A DNA stretch of 64,000 bases. It comes from Candidatus Hecatella orcuttiae. Lineage in GTDB: Archaea > Thermoproteota > Bathyarchaeia > Hecatellales > Hecatellaceae. The translations under genes and the position numbers were made by a program. The DNA lies in assembly GCA_002011035.2 (NCBI GenBank), contig MTLY02000001.1:352001-416000 (forward strand). Direction: 5' to 3'. The notes below the pieces were generated by a model, which was given only the letters and a program-made list of their open reading frames with translations, had not been told where the DNA came from and did not search any database. Below are positions 18,662 through 27,134 of this stretch, one piece after another; the first letter of the stretch is position 1, and each line of letters opens with the position of its first letter.

Positions 18662-19303
18662 TCACGCCGTCTGGCTCTCCGCCTTCTCCAAGTCTCTCAG
18701 GGGGATTGTCGGCAGCTTCTTTTTAAGCAACACAGCTACCAGCTGGATGGCAGCGGCCTCCTCCAGAATTTCCACCCTCATCCTCGCCTCCGAGAGGCTT
18801 CGACCCACACCCACCACCCCGTGGTTTTGAAGGATCACAGCCTCCGCTTTTTCCAGTCTTTCAGCCGCCAGCTCCGCCAACCTCCGGGTTCCCGGGAAAA
18901 CGTAGGGTATCATCCGGGTCTTCCGTAGGTGGAGTCCTGTTTCCACCGTGAGAGGTTTAAGCTCCCCACCGGTTAAGGTAAGTCCCACGGTCAGGGGGTT
19001 GTGGGCGTGGACAACAGCGTTTACATCAGCCCTCCTTCGATAGATGGCCGCGTGCAAGAGAGTTTCATGGGACGGCTGGCCTGCGCCTTTCACAGTCCTT
19101 CCCTGCAAGTTCACCTTGATCAAGTCTTTTGGCTTCAGCTCAGTTTTGAAGAGGCCGCGGGGCGTAATCCAAAACTCTTCCGCCCCGGGAAGTCTGGCGC
19201 TGGCGTTCCCTCCCACCGAGGAGATCAGCCTCCTTTCAAAAAGGACTCTCATGACATTGCAGATCTCTCTCTTCAAAGTTTTCTCCGAAATTTTTTTCTT
19301 CAA
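18662..19303 (-). CDS. class II aldolase/adducin family protein
   Basis: GGNASAR, ITPRG, PSHETLLH, VVHAH, LQNHG. Confidence 0.88.
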   Translation of the reverse strand: MKKKISEKTLKREICNVMRVLFERRLISSVGGNASARLPGAEEFWITPRGLFKTELKPKDLIKVNLQGRTVKGAGQPSHETLLHAAIYRRRADVNAVVHAHNPLTVGLTLTGGELKPLTVETGLHLRKTRMIPYVFPGTRRLAELAAERLEKAEAVILQNHGVVGVGRSLSEARMRVEILEEAAAIQLVAVLLKKKLPTIPLRDLEKAESQTA

Positions 19304-19478
19304 TTCAGCCGCCTCTTTCCGGGAGCTACACGTCTTGTTTTCACTCTGATTCTTAAGTCTTGGTGTCTAGGAAAACTTCCGACGTCCTCTGTTGGCTGTG
19401 GCGTGCGGTGGGCGAGGTTCCGATGTCCGACAAGTATAAAAGCTTGGCTTTTTCCACCTCCTTTGAAGGCGGAATTAA

Positions 19479-20765
19479 ATGACGGTTATGGATGAGGCTA
19501 GACGGGGTAGGATCACGGAGGAAGTCAAAGCCGCTGCGAAGGAGGAAGGCCTTGAGCCTGAGAAGCTGAGGAGAGGCATAGCTTCAGGGAAAATAATTCT
19601 AACAGGATATGCCCGCGGGGAACGCTGCAAAATCGTAGCGGTTGGGGAGGGGCTGAGGACCAAGGTAAACGCCAACGTGGGCGCTTCCTCAGAATTCAGC
19701 AACATCAAAATCGAGCTGGAAAAAGCCTTGACCGCCGTCAGATACGGCGCGGACACCCTCATGGACCTCAGCACCTCTGAAGACCTGAACGAGATCAGGC
19801 GCCTGATCCTCAAGGAGACCCCTCTGCCCGTTGGCACCGTTCCCATCTACCAAGCAGGTGTGGAGGCCATTCGGAAACACGGCGCCATCGTCGACATGGG
19901 TGAAGACGAAGTCCTCCGGGTGGTTGAAAACCACGCGAAGGAAGGTGTAGACTTCATGACAATTCACGCCGGCATCACGCAAGGGATAACCGCCCAGCTC
20001 GCTGAGCATCCTCGGGTTGCAGGCGTGGTGAGCCGGGGAGGCGTCTTCCTGGCTAGCTGGATACTTCACCATAAGGCTGAGAATCCCTTTTACAAGAACT
20101 TCGACTACCTTCTCGAGATAGCTAGGTCCTATGATTTTTGCATAAGTCTAGGCGACTCTCTGCGGCCCGGAAGCCTAGCTGACGCCTCAGATTGGTTTCA
20201 GATCCAGGAGTTGCTCACCGTTCAAAAACTGGTGGAGAGATGCTGGAGAGCGGGAGTTCAGGTGATGGTGGAAGGCCCGGGGCATCTTCCCCTAAACCAA
20301 GTGGAGGCCAACGTCGTCCTTCATAAATCCCTCTGCAAAGGGGCGCCTCTCTACCTTCTCGGTCCCATAGTTACAGATATCGGAGCAGGCTACGACCACA
20401 TCGTAGGAGCTGTGGGGGGAGCCGTCGCAGCCATGGCGGGAGCGGACTTCCTATGCTACGTCACCCCTTCGGAGCATCTAGCCCTACCGACGGTGGAAGA
20501 TGTCCGCGAGGGGGTTATCGCAGCCCGGCTGGCTGCTCACTGCGCGGACGTGGTCAAATTGGGGGAGAGAGCAAGCCGCCATGACTTGGAGATGGCGCAG
20601 GCCAGAGCCAAGCTGGACTGGGAGACCATGTACAAACTGTCCTTGGACCCTGTGCGGGCTAGGGAGGTCAGGGAGAAGGGTAAGACCAAAACCGACGCCT
20701 GTACCATGTGCGGGCAATACTGCGTCTATAGGATTCTGCCCGCCAAGCAGACTGGGTGCATTTAG
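19479..20765 (+). CDS. thiC: phosphomethylpyrimidine synthase ThiC (ThiC/Bza family)
   Basis: TKVNANVG, MDLST, SRGG, GDSLRPG, EGPGH, CYVTPSEH, CTMCGQYC. Confidence 0.9.
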   Translation: MTVMDEARRGRITEEVKAAAKEEGLEPEKLRRGIASGKIILTGYARGERCKIVAVGEGLRTKVNANVGASSEFSNIKIELEKALTAVRYGADTLMDLSTSEDLNEIRRLILKETPLPVGTVPIYQAGVEAIRKHGAIVDMGEDEVLRVVENHAKEGVDFMTIHAGITQGITAQLAEHPRVAGVVSRGGVFLASWILHHKAENPFYKNFDYLLEIARSYDFCISLGDSLRPGSLADASDWFQIQELLTVQKLVERCWRAGVQVMVEGPGHLPLNQVEANVVLHKSLCKGAPLYLLGPIVTDIGAGYDHIVGAVGGAVAAMAGADFLCYVTPSEHLALPTVEDVREGVIAARLAAHCADVVKLGERASRHDLEMAQARAKLDWETMYKLSLDPVRAREVREKGKTKTDACTMCGQYCVYRILPAKQTGCI

Positions 20766-22009
20766 CCTTTCAGTTTCCCGTAGCCGATGAGCCGCCATTT
20801 GCCAGCTATTCTTCTGCTTAAGGCTATTCTAGCCCCATGCTTGGCGCAGACAGGTTTCTTGAGGGCTATTTCTACGTGGTTTTTGCGGGCTAGGGTGACC
20901 ACACCCACGCTGACGGCAGTGCCCACGTTTACGACGAGGCTCTCCTTAAGCTTCACCGACTCCACGTTTGTCAGCTCCGGGGTTCCCACCACATGCTGGA
21001 AGAGGGTGGGTTCGAAGCTGAGGGTTTTCTCAGCTTCAGGAAGCTGCCCTGGTCTGCCTACGACGTTGCCTATGAGGCCGTCGGCCTTGGTTAGGGAGGG
21101 GTCGAGTTTTGAGCCTAAGCCGATAAGCCCCCCGCAGCCGGCTTCCTCAACTTTTTTACCCCCCGCATGAAGACTGGTTACCTCAGTGAACAGGGTTCGG
21201 TAGTTCTGGCTTTCAGCCCATTTTATTCCAGGCCTTATCTCGATCTCCTCTCCAACCCTCAGCTTACCCTCCACCATGGTTCCTCCGAGGACACCGCCTT
21301 GAAGGTCCTCTATCTTCGTCCCCGGCTTGTTGATGTCGAAGGACCTTACTACATGCATGAAGAGAGAGCTTTTGGGATCCCGCTTCGGGGTTGGAATGCA
21401 TCTCTCCAGCGCCTCGATCAAAAGATCTAAGTTAACCATGTGCTGGGCTGAAACGGGAATGATGGGCGCCTCTTCGGCCACGGTTCCTTCAAGAAACGCC
21501 CGAATAGCCTTGTAGTTTTCCAGAGCCTTTTCTTTAGAAACTAGGTCAACCTTGTTCTGAACCACCACTATCTTGTTGGCTCCGACGATTTCCAAGGCGG
21601 CCATGTGCTCGCGGGTTTGAGGCTGAGGAACAGGCTCGTCGGCCGCTATGACCAAGATTGCCCCGTCCATCACCGCTGCCCCCGAGAGCATGGTTGTCAT
21701 CAGGACCTCGTGGCCGGGGCAGTCAACAAAGCTCACAGCCCTCAAAAAATCTGTTTTACCTCCGCAGTTGGGGCATGTTGGCTGGGTAGTATAACAGGTG
21801 GGCGGAGGGCAGCTGGGGCATTTGTAGAAGGCGCAGTCAGCGTAGCCAAGCCGGATGGTGATGCCGCGGCGGAGCTCCTCCGAGTGTTTACTAGCCCAGA
21901 CTCCGGTTAGGCCTTTTATCAGAGTGGTCTTCCCATGGTCCACATGGCCGGCTGTTCCGATGTTAACCTCAGGCTGGGCTGGAAGAGGAGAAGTCAACTG
22001 CCATTTCAC
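20762..22009 (-). CDS. eif2g: translation initiation factor 2 gamma
   Basis: QPEVNIGTAGHVDHGKTT, zinc knuckle, DCPGH, WRLIGYG. Confidence 0.97.
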   Translation of the reverse strand: MKWQLTSPLPAQPEVNIGTAGHVDHGKTTLIKGLTGVWASKHSEELRRGITIRLGYADCAFYKCPSCPPPTCYTTQPTCPNCGGKTDFLRAVSFVDCPGHEVLMTTMLSGAAVMDGAILVIAADEPVPQPQTREHMAALEIVGANKIVVVQNKVDLVSKEKALENYKAIRAFLEGTVAEEAPIIPVSAQHMVNLDLLIEALERCIPTPKRDPKSSLFMHVVRSFDINKPGTKIEDLQGGVLGGTMVEGKLRVGEEIEIRPGIKWAESQNYRTLFTEVTSLHAGGKKVEEAGCGGLIGLGSKLDPSLTKADGLIGNVVGRPGQLPEAEKTLSFEPTLFQHVVGTPELTNVESVKLKESLVVNVGTAVSVGVVTLARKNHVEIALKKPVCAKHGARIALSRRIAGKWRLIGYGKLKG

Positions 22010-22094
22010 CTAAGTTTCGTCTCATGAGCATAGGATGCATGTCGATTAAAAACATTACTAACCGGGTAAGGGTAAGTCTTAAGACGTCCTTGCA

Positions 22095-23105
22095 TTAACG
22101 TCTCCAAGGGATGGGCACAGAATCCAGCCGCCAACGAGGTTTAACGAGACTCCGCTCTATGCTTACCTTCACTCCTTGAAGGTGGGCGAGGAGGCCGGTC
22201 CAAGCTATCTGGGCTCCGCAGTCTCCGCTGTACTCGCGGGGGACAACGTAAAACTTGGCTTTATGCTCCTCAGCCACCTGTTTCAGCATGGTTTGAAGAC
22301 GCTTGTTCGCTGCAACGCCTCCCGTCAGCAGCAGTTCCTTTTTCTCAAGAAACGCCAGAGCCCTCTCGGCAGCCTCAGCCAAAGCGGTGAAGGCAGTTTC
22401 CTGGAGGGAGTAGCAGAGGTCTTCCAGTTTATCTCCCCCCTTCTTCAGCCTCCTAACCGCCGCTGTGAGCAGGCCTGAATAGGAGACATTGTTGCCTTTG
22501 ACAACCAAGGGTAGGTCGACGAGTTTTTTCCCTTCCGAAGCTTTAGCTTCAACCGCGGGGCCGCTGGGAGAAGGCAGGCGAGCCTCCCTTCCAAAGACGT
22601 CTAAGAGGTTCCCTAGGGTGATGTCTTCCGTCTCCCCGAAAACCCTCCACCGCCCCCCGGCAAAGGAAGTCACCGTGGTATGTCCTCCAGAAACCAGAAC
22701 CGTCAAAGGGTCTGAAGCTCCCGTCTTTAAGGCAGCTAACTCGATGTGGCCTACTGCGTGGTGAACCGGCACCAAGGGAACATCCAAGTAGGCGGCCAGC
22801 GCCCTTGCCACCGTGGCTCCTGTTCTCAGACAGGGTCCGAGGCCGGGTCCTTGAGAGAAGGCCACAGCGCTCAATTCCTCCGGGGTCTTTCCAGCTTTCC
22901 TCAGCGCCTCCCTAACGACCAGGGGGGACGCTTGGGAGTGATGTTGAGCGCTTTCTCGGGGGTGAATTCCCTTCCCAACGGGAGGGGCGTAAACTTTTTT
23001 TTCATCGGAAAGGATTCTTCCCCGGCTGTCCACTAGGCTGACGCCGAAAGTGTGAGCCGTGCTCTCGATGCCTAAGCAGATTATCTCGCCTCTGTTCAGC
23101 TTCAC
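22095..23105 (-). CDS. kae1: KEOPS t6A synthase Kae1
   Basis: GIESTAHT, GIHPRE, GPGLGPCL, HHAVGHIE, GAQIAW. Confidence 0.95.
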   Translation of the reverse strand: MKLNRGEIICLGIESTAHTFGVSLVDSRGRILSDEKKVYAPPVGKGIHPRESAQHHSQASPLVVREALRKAGKTPEELSAVAFSQGPGLGPCLRTGATVARALAAYLDVPLVPVHHAVGHIELAALKTGASDPLTVLVSGGHTTVTSFAGGRWRVFGETEDITLGNLLDVFGREARLPSPSGPAVEAKASEGKKLVDLPLVVKGNNVSYSGLLTAAVRRLKKGGDKLEDLCYSLQETAFTALAEAAERALAFLEKKELLLTGGVAANKRLQTMLKQVAEEHKAKFYVVPREYSGDCGAQIAWTGLLAHLQGVKVSIERSLVKPRWRLDSVPIPWRR

Positions 23106-23268
23106 CGGCCATCAACCAACAATAGAACTTAGAATCGGTAAAAGCTTTAATGTGCCGGTAGGCTGATTTTCATGTTTACAATTTTCCTTTTACTTTACAT
23201 TACGAAAAACCTTAAATCTTTAATAGAGGTAAACTAAAAAGATTAAGTAATTCCAGTTCGGTGTTCGT

Positions 23269-24141
23269 ATGCCTGTTTTCAGACCTTCTGAGTATCTTGT
23301 GCCTGAAACAGTGGATGAGGCAGTAGCCCTTCTACGGGATTACAAGGATAGGGCGAAGATAATAGCCGGGGGAACCCAAGTCTACGAAACCGCCATGAAA
23401 GGCATGATCCCAAAAGTTGAAAAGCTACTGGACATCAGGAAGCTCGGGCTCAATTACATCAAAGAAGAAGGGGGCCATGTGAAGATAGGCGCCATGACCA
23501 CCTTCACAGATATGCTGGAGTCAGAACTGCTGAAGAAGGCGCTTCCCATCATAGTCGAGGCGGTTTCCCTCATTCGCCCCGTGCAAATAAGAAACGTAGC
23601 CACCATGGGAGGAAGTATTTGCAGCGGGCTTCCCTTCTTCGACATACCCTCAGCGCTGCTTACCTTAGACGCGACGGTGAAAGCCGTCAGTTCCAGCGGG
23701 GAAAGGGTTTTGAATGTAGACGGGTTTTTCATAGACTATTTTCTGACAGCATTGAAGCCGAATGAGCTGATTACAGAGATAGCGATACCGAAACCGCCAG
23801 CCAATACGGGGTCGGCGTTTCTGAAGATGGAAAGGACCCTTGTCGACCTCCCCACAGTAAACACAGCAGTAAGGCTGACTATGGATAATGGGCGATGTAA
23901 AGTTGCGAGAATAGCCGTGGGGGCGGTAGCTCAGGTTCCCCTAAGGCTCAAGAAAGCTGAGAAAAGATTGGAAGGAAAGGAACTAACAGAAGCAGCCATC
24001 GCTGAAGCCGCTGAGGAAGCATACAGAGAAGTTAAACCGGTCAGAGGTGTTCATGCCTCTGCCGAATACAAAAGACACGTGTGCAGAGTCCTAGTTAAGC
24101 GCGCTCTAACTCAGGTGAAAGAAAAGCTGAAAGGAGGCTGA
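23269..24141 (+). CDS. xanthine-dehydrogenase-family Mo-hydroxylase, FAD subunit
   Basis: IIAGGT, IGAMTT, QIRNVATMGG, ASAEYK. Confidence 0.9.
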   Translation: MPVFRPSEYLVPETVDEAVALLRDYKDRAKIIAGGTQVYETAMKGMIPKVEKLLDIRKLGLNYIKEEGGHVKIGAMTTFTDMLESELLKKALPIIVEAVSLIRPVQIRNVATMGGSICSGLPFFDIPSALLTLDATVKAVSSSGERVLNVDGFFIDYFLTALKPNELITEIAIPKPPANTGSAFLKMERTLVDLPTVNTAVRLTMDNGRCKVARIAVGAVAQVPLRLKKAEKRLEGKELTEAAIAEAAEEAYREVKPVRGVHASAEYKRHVCRVLVKRALTQVKEKLKGG

Positions 24142-24148
24142 GTGAGCG

Positions 24149-24622
24149 TTGAAAAAAACCATAAGATTAACCGTGAACGGGGAAGACTACACCGTATCCA
24201 TTGAGCCTTTTGACACTTTAAACAAAGTTTTGAGAGAATACCTTGGCCTAACAGGAACCAAAAAAGGCTGCGATTACGGAGGCTGCGGGTCGTGCACGGT
24301 GATCGTGGACGGGAGAGCCGTTTACTCCTGCATGTTTTGGGCAGGTCAAGCCGATGGGAGGAAGATAACGACGATAGAAGGGTTGGTGAAAAACGGCGAA
24401 CTGGACCCAATTCAGGAGGCGTTCATTCAGCATGGGGCAGTTCAATGCGGCTACTGCACTCCCGGCATGATCATGAGCACAAAAGCCCTGCTGGATAAAA
24501 AGTCGAACTTCACCGAAATGGAAGCCAGGGAAGCCATCGCCGGCAACCTTTGCAGGTGCACTGGCTACGTGAAGATCGTGTCGGCGATGATGTCCTTGGC
24601 TAAAAAATCTTCGGAGGGATAA
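24149..24622 (+). CDS. Mo-hydroxylase 2x[2Fe-2S] subunit
   Basis: GCDYGGCGSCTV, QCGYCTPG, NLCRCTGY. Confidence 0.93.
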   Translation: MKKTIRLTVNGEDYTVSIEPFDTLNKVLREYLGLTGTKKGCDYGGCGSCTVIVDGRAVYSCMFWAGQADGRKITTIEGLVKNGELDPIQEAFIQHGAVQCGYCTPGMIMSTKALLDKKSNFTEMEAREAIAGNLCRCTGYVKIVSAMMSLAKKSSEG

Positions 24623-24627
24623 GAACC

Positions 24628-24741
24628 GTGTCTGGGCTGGGTTATCAGAAATGCCCCAAGTGCGGCTATGAGTTAAACCCGCCTATGGCTAGGTTTTGTG
24701 TAAAATGTAAGGCAGTTCTGCCTAGAAAGGTTCCAATGTAA
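24628..24741 (+). CDS. 37-aa zinc-ribbon microprotein (not in ORF track)
   Basis: GTG start; MSGLGYQKCPKCGYELNPPMARFCVKCKAVLPRKVPM; CxxC...CxxC; fills the gap between the S and L subunit genes. Confidence 0.7.
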   Translation: MSGLGYQKCPKCGYELNPPMARFCVKCKAVLPRKVPM

Positions 24742-24755
24742 GAAAGGGGATATGT

Positions 24756-27065
24756 ATGACTGAACTGTCGGTTGTTGGGAAAAGGATTCCGAGAGTTGAT
24801 GCCAAATCTAAAGTTTCAGGAAGAGCCGTATATTTCGGAGACACCGTCCTACCTAGGATGGTCTACGGGAAAATACTTCGAAGCCCCTATCCCCATGCAC
24901 GGATAACAAAAATAGACACCAGCGAAGCGGAAAAGCTACCTGGAGTCAGAGCCACCCTCACCTACAAGGACGTCCCCCGGGTTATAACCTACATAGGGCA
25001 CCTGCATCCTCCAGACACCCCGCTCGACCGATACATTCTGGATAATGTTGTGCGCTACGTAGGCGACGAAGTGGCGGCGGTGGCGGCGGACAGCCCGGAA
25101 ACAGCGGCGGAAGCTGTTGAGAGAATCCATGTGGAATATGAACGTCTACCAACCGTCTTCGACCCCGAGGAGGCGATGGAACCTGGGGCTCCGAAGCTCC
25201 ATGATGAAGGAGAATTCATCTTCGATATGGATCGAAACATTGCGTCCCACATAAAACTGGCTTTCGGCGACGTGGAAAAGGGCTTTAAGGAGTCAGCGGT
25301 GGTCGTCGGCCCTGAAAAATTCAAGGTTTCAGCAGCCCACACGAACCCCATAGAACTGTACGGCTGCATAGCCCAATGGGACCCCCTAGAGAACAGGGTG
25401 ACATTCTGGGCTCCCAGCCAGATGATCTTCAGATTCCGCACCGTCCTAGCCCACCAGTTGGGCTTGCCGGAAAACAAGGTGCGGGTTATATCACCCTACG
25501 TGGGCGGAGCCTTTGGAAGCCGATGCCACGTTTACCCGTTTCACGCCATCGCCGCTTTTCTCTCCAAGAAAACAGGCGGCAGACCTGTGAAGATCACGCT
25601 TTCAAGGGAGGAAACCTACGTAGGCGGCACCAGCAACAGGCATCCAGGGACCCTTACGTTGAAAATGGGCGCAGCGAAGGACGGGCTGTTTAAAGCCTTC
25701 GATGCGAGGATAGTCTTCAGCGCCGGGGGATACGCCTATGTGAGCAGCGGCCCCATAGGCTTCTGCTGCTCCATCATCACCTCCCTCTACAGGTTCGGCG
25801 CCTACAACGTCGAAGGCTACAACGTGTACACCAACACTCCGCCGAGCGGAGCCTTCAGAGGATTCGGAGGCCCTCAAGCGCATTTCGCCCTTGAGCAGAT
25901 CGTCGACATGGTGGCTGAGGAGCTGAAACTTGACCCCATAGAGTTGAGGAAGAAAAACCATGTCCGCGTCGGAGATGTTATCCACTGGAGCGGAGTGGAG
26001 GTCAGAACCTGCGGCTTGGACGAATGCCTCGACAAAGGGGCGGAGGCCGTAGGCTGGAAGCGGAGATACGACTCAGCCTACCGGGGAACAGGCGTCAAGA
26101 GGCGAGGCATCGGTGTTGCTATGATGGAGCATGTCAGCGGAACAAAGTATATTCCCGGGGAAGCGGAGATAACCAGCGCGATAATCAAGCTGGATGAAAG
26201 CGGAAAGATTACTCTGCTCTCCCCCGCCCACGAGCTTGGACAAGGCTCGAGAACGGTTGCCACACAGATAGTGGCTGAGGAGTTGGAGGTAGACCCTGAA
26301 GACGTCGTCATACCGGAGCTGGACACGGACTATCTACCTTATGGGCTGGGTAGTTTCGGAAGCCGATACACCTACGTCGACGGCACCTTGATCAGGGCCG
26401 CGGCGGCTGATACCAAGAGGCAGGTCTTGGAATGGGCTGCTAAGAAATTCGACACAACGGTGGCGAACCTAGAATACAAAAAGGGGAAAGTCACCGTGAA
26501 AGGAGCTCCTGAAAACACGGCTACACTGGCTGAGATTGTCAAATTTGCTCAATGGTACAATCCCGACGACGTGGGAGCCATCATAGGGAAGGCCACAGGT
26601 CCCCCGCTCTACAACGCCCCGCCCTTCGGAGTTCAGTTCGCAGAGGTGGAAGTGGACGTGGAAACAGGGGTGGTGAAAGTTCTGAAGCTGGTGGCGGCTC
26701 ACGACGTAGGGAAAGCTATCAACCCCACAACAGCGGAGGGACAATTGGAGGGAGGCTTGACCCAAGGGCTAGGCTACGCGTTGACAGAAGGCGTGATAGT
26801 GGACCCTGAGACCGGAAAAGTCCTCAACAGCGACCTTATGGACTACAAAATCTTCACAGCCTTGGACATGCCGGAAACCAGGGTTTTCCTCATCGAACCC
26901 ATCGACCCCACCGGGCCTTTCGGCGTTAAAGGCATAGGGGAGCCTGCGCTGGTTCCCACCGCTCCAGCCATAGCCAACGCCATATATAATGCAATAGGTG
27001 TAAGAGTTAAAGAGCTCCCCCTTCTCCCAGAGAAAATTTTGAAAGCTCTTGAAGAAAAACAGTAA
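24756..27065 (+). CDS. Mo-hydroxylase large (molybdopterin) subunit, not aerobic CODH
   Basis: VGGAFG, AFRGFGGPQ (not VAYRCSFR), ELGQG, SFGSR, QLEGG, catalytic KGIGE. Confidence 0.92.
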   Translation: MTELSVVGKRIPRVDAKSKVSGRAVYFGDTVLPRMVYGKILRSPYPHARITKIDTSEAEKLPGVRATLTYKDVPRVITYIGHLHPPDTPLDRYILDNVVRYVGDEVAAVAADSPETAAEAVERIHVEYERLPTVFDPEEAMEPGAPKLHDEGEFIFDMDRNIASHIKLAFGDVEKGFKESAVVVGPEKFKVSAAHTNPIELYGCIAQWDPLENRVTFWAPSQMIFRFRTVLAHQLGLPENKVRVISPYVGGAFGSRCHVYPFHAIAAFLSKKTGGRPVKITLSREETYVGGTSNRHPGTLTLKMGAAKDGLFKAFDARIVFSAGGYAYVSSGPIGFCCSIITSLYRFGAYNVEGYNVYTNTPPSGAFRGFGGPQAHFALEQIVDMVAEELKLDPIELRKKNHVRVGDVIHWSGVEVRTCGLDECLDKGAEAVGWKRRYDSAYRGTGVKRRGIGVAMMEHVSGTKYIPGEAEITSAIIKLDESGKITLLSPAHELGQGSRTVATQIVAEELEVDPEDVVIPELDTDYLPYGLGSFGSRYTYVDGTLIRAAAADTKRQVLEWAAKKFDTTVANLEYKKGKVTVKGAPENTATLAEIVKFAQWYNPDDVGAIIGKATGPPLYNAPPFGVQFAEVEVDVETGVVKVLKLVAAHDVGKAINPTTAEGQLEGGLTQGLGYALTEGVIVDPETGKVLNSDLMDYKIFTALDMPETRVFLIEPIDPTGPFGVKGIGEPALVPTAPAIANAIYNAIGVRVKELPLLPEKILKALEEKQ

Positions 27066-27134
27066 AGGCGGCCGACCTCACCCAGCCCTAAGCTGGAGTT
27101 TCAGGGGAAAGGTGAAGCCGCGCTTTTCTCTTTT

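Noticed and set aside
19304-19478. TPP riboswitch before thiC
   Set aside because: No CUGAGA core motif; TATA-like box close to the start
23269-27065. Aerobic CO dehydrogenase (coxMSL)
   Set aside because: Active-site loop is AFRGFG rather than VAYRCSFR
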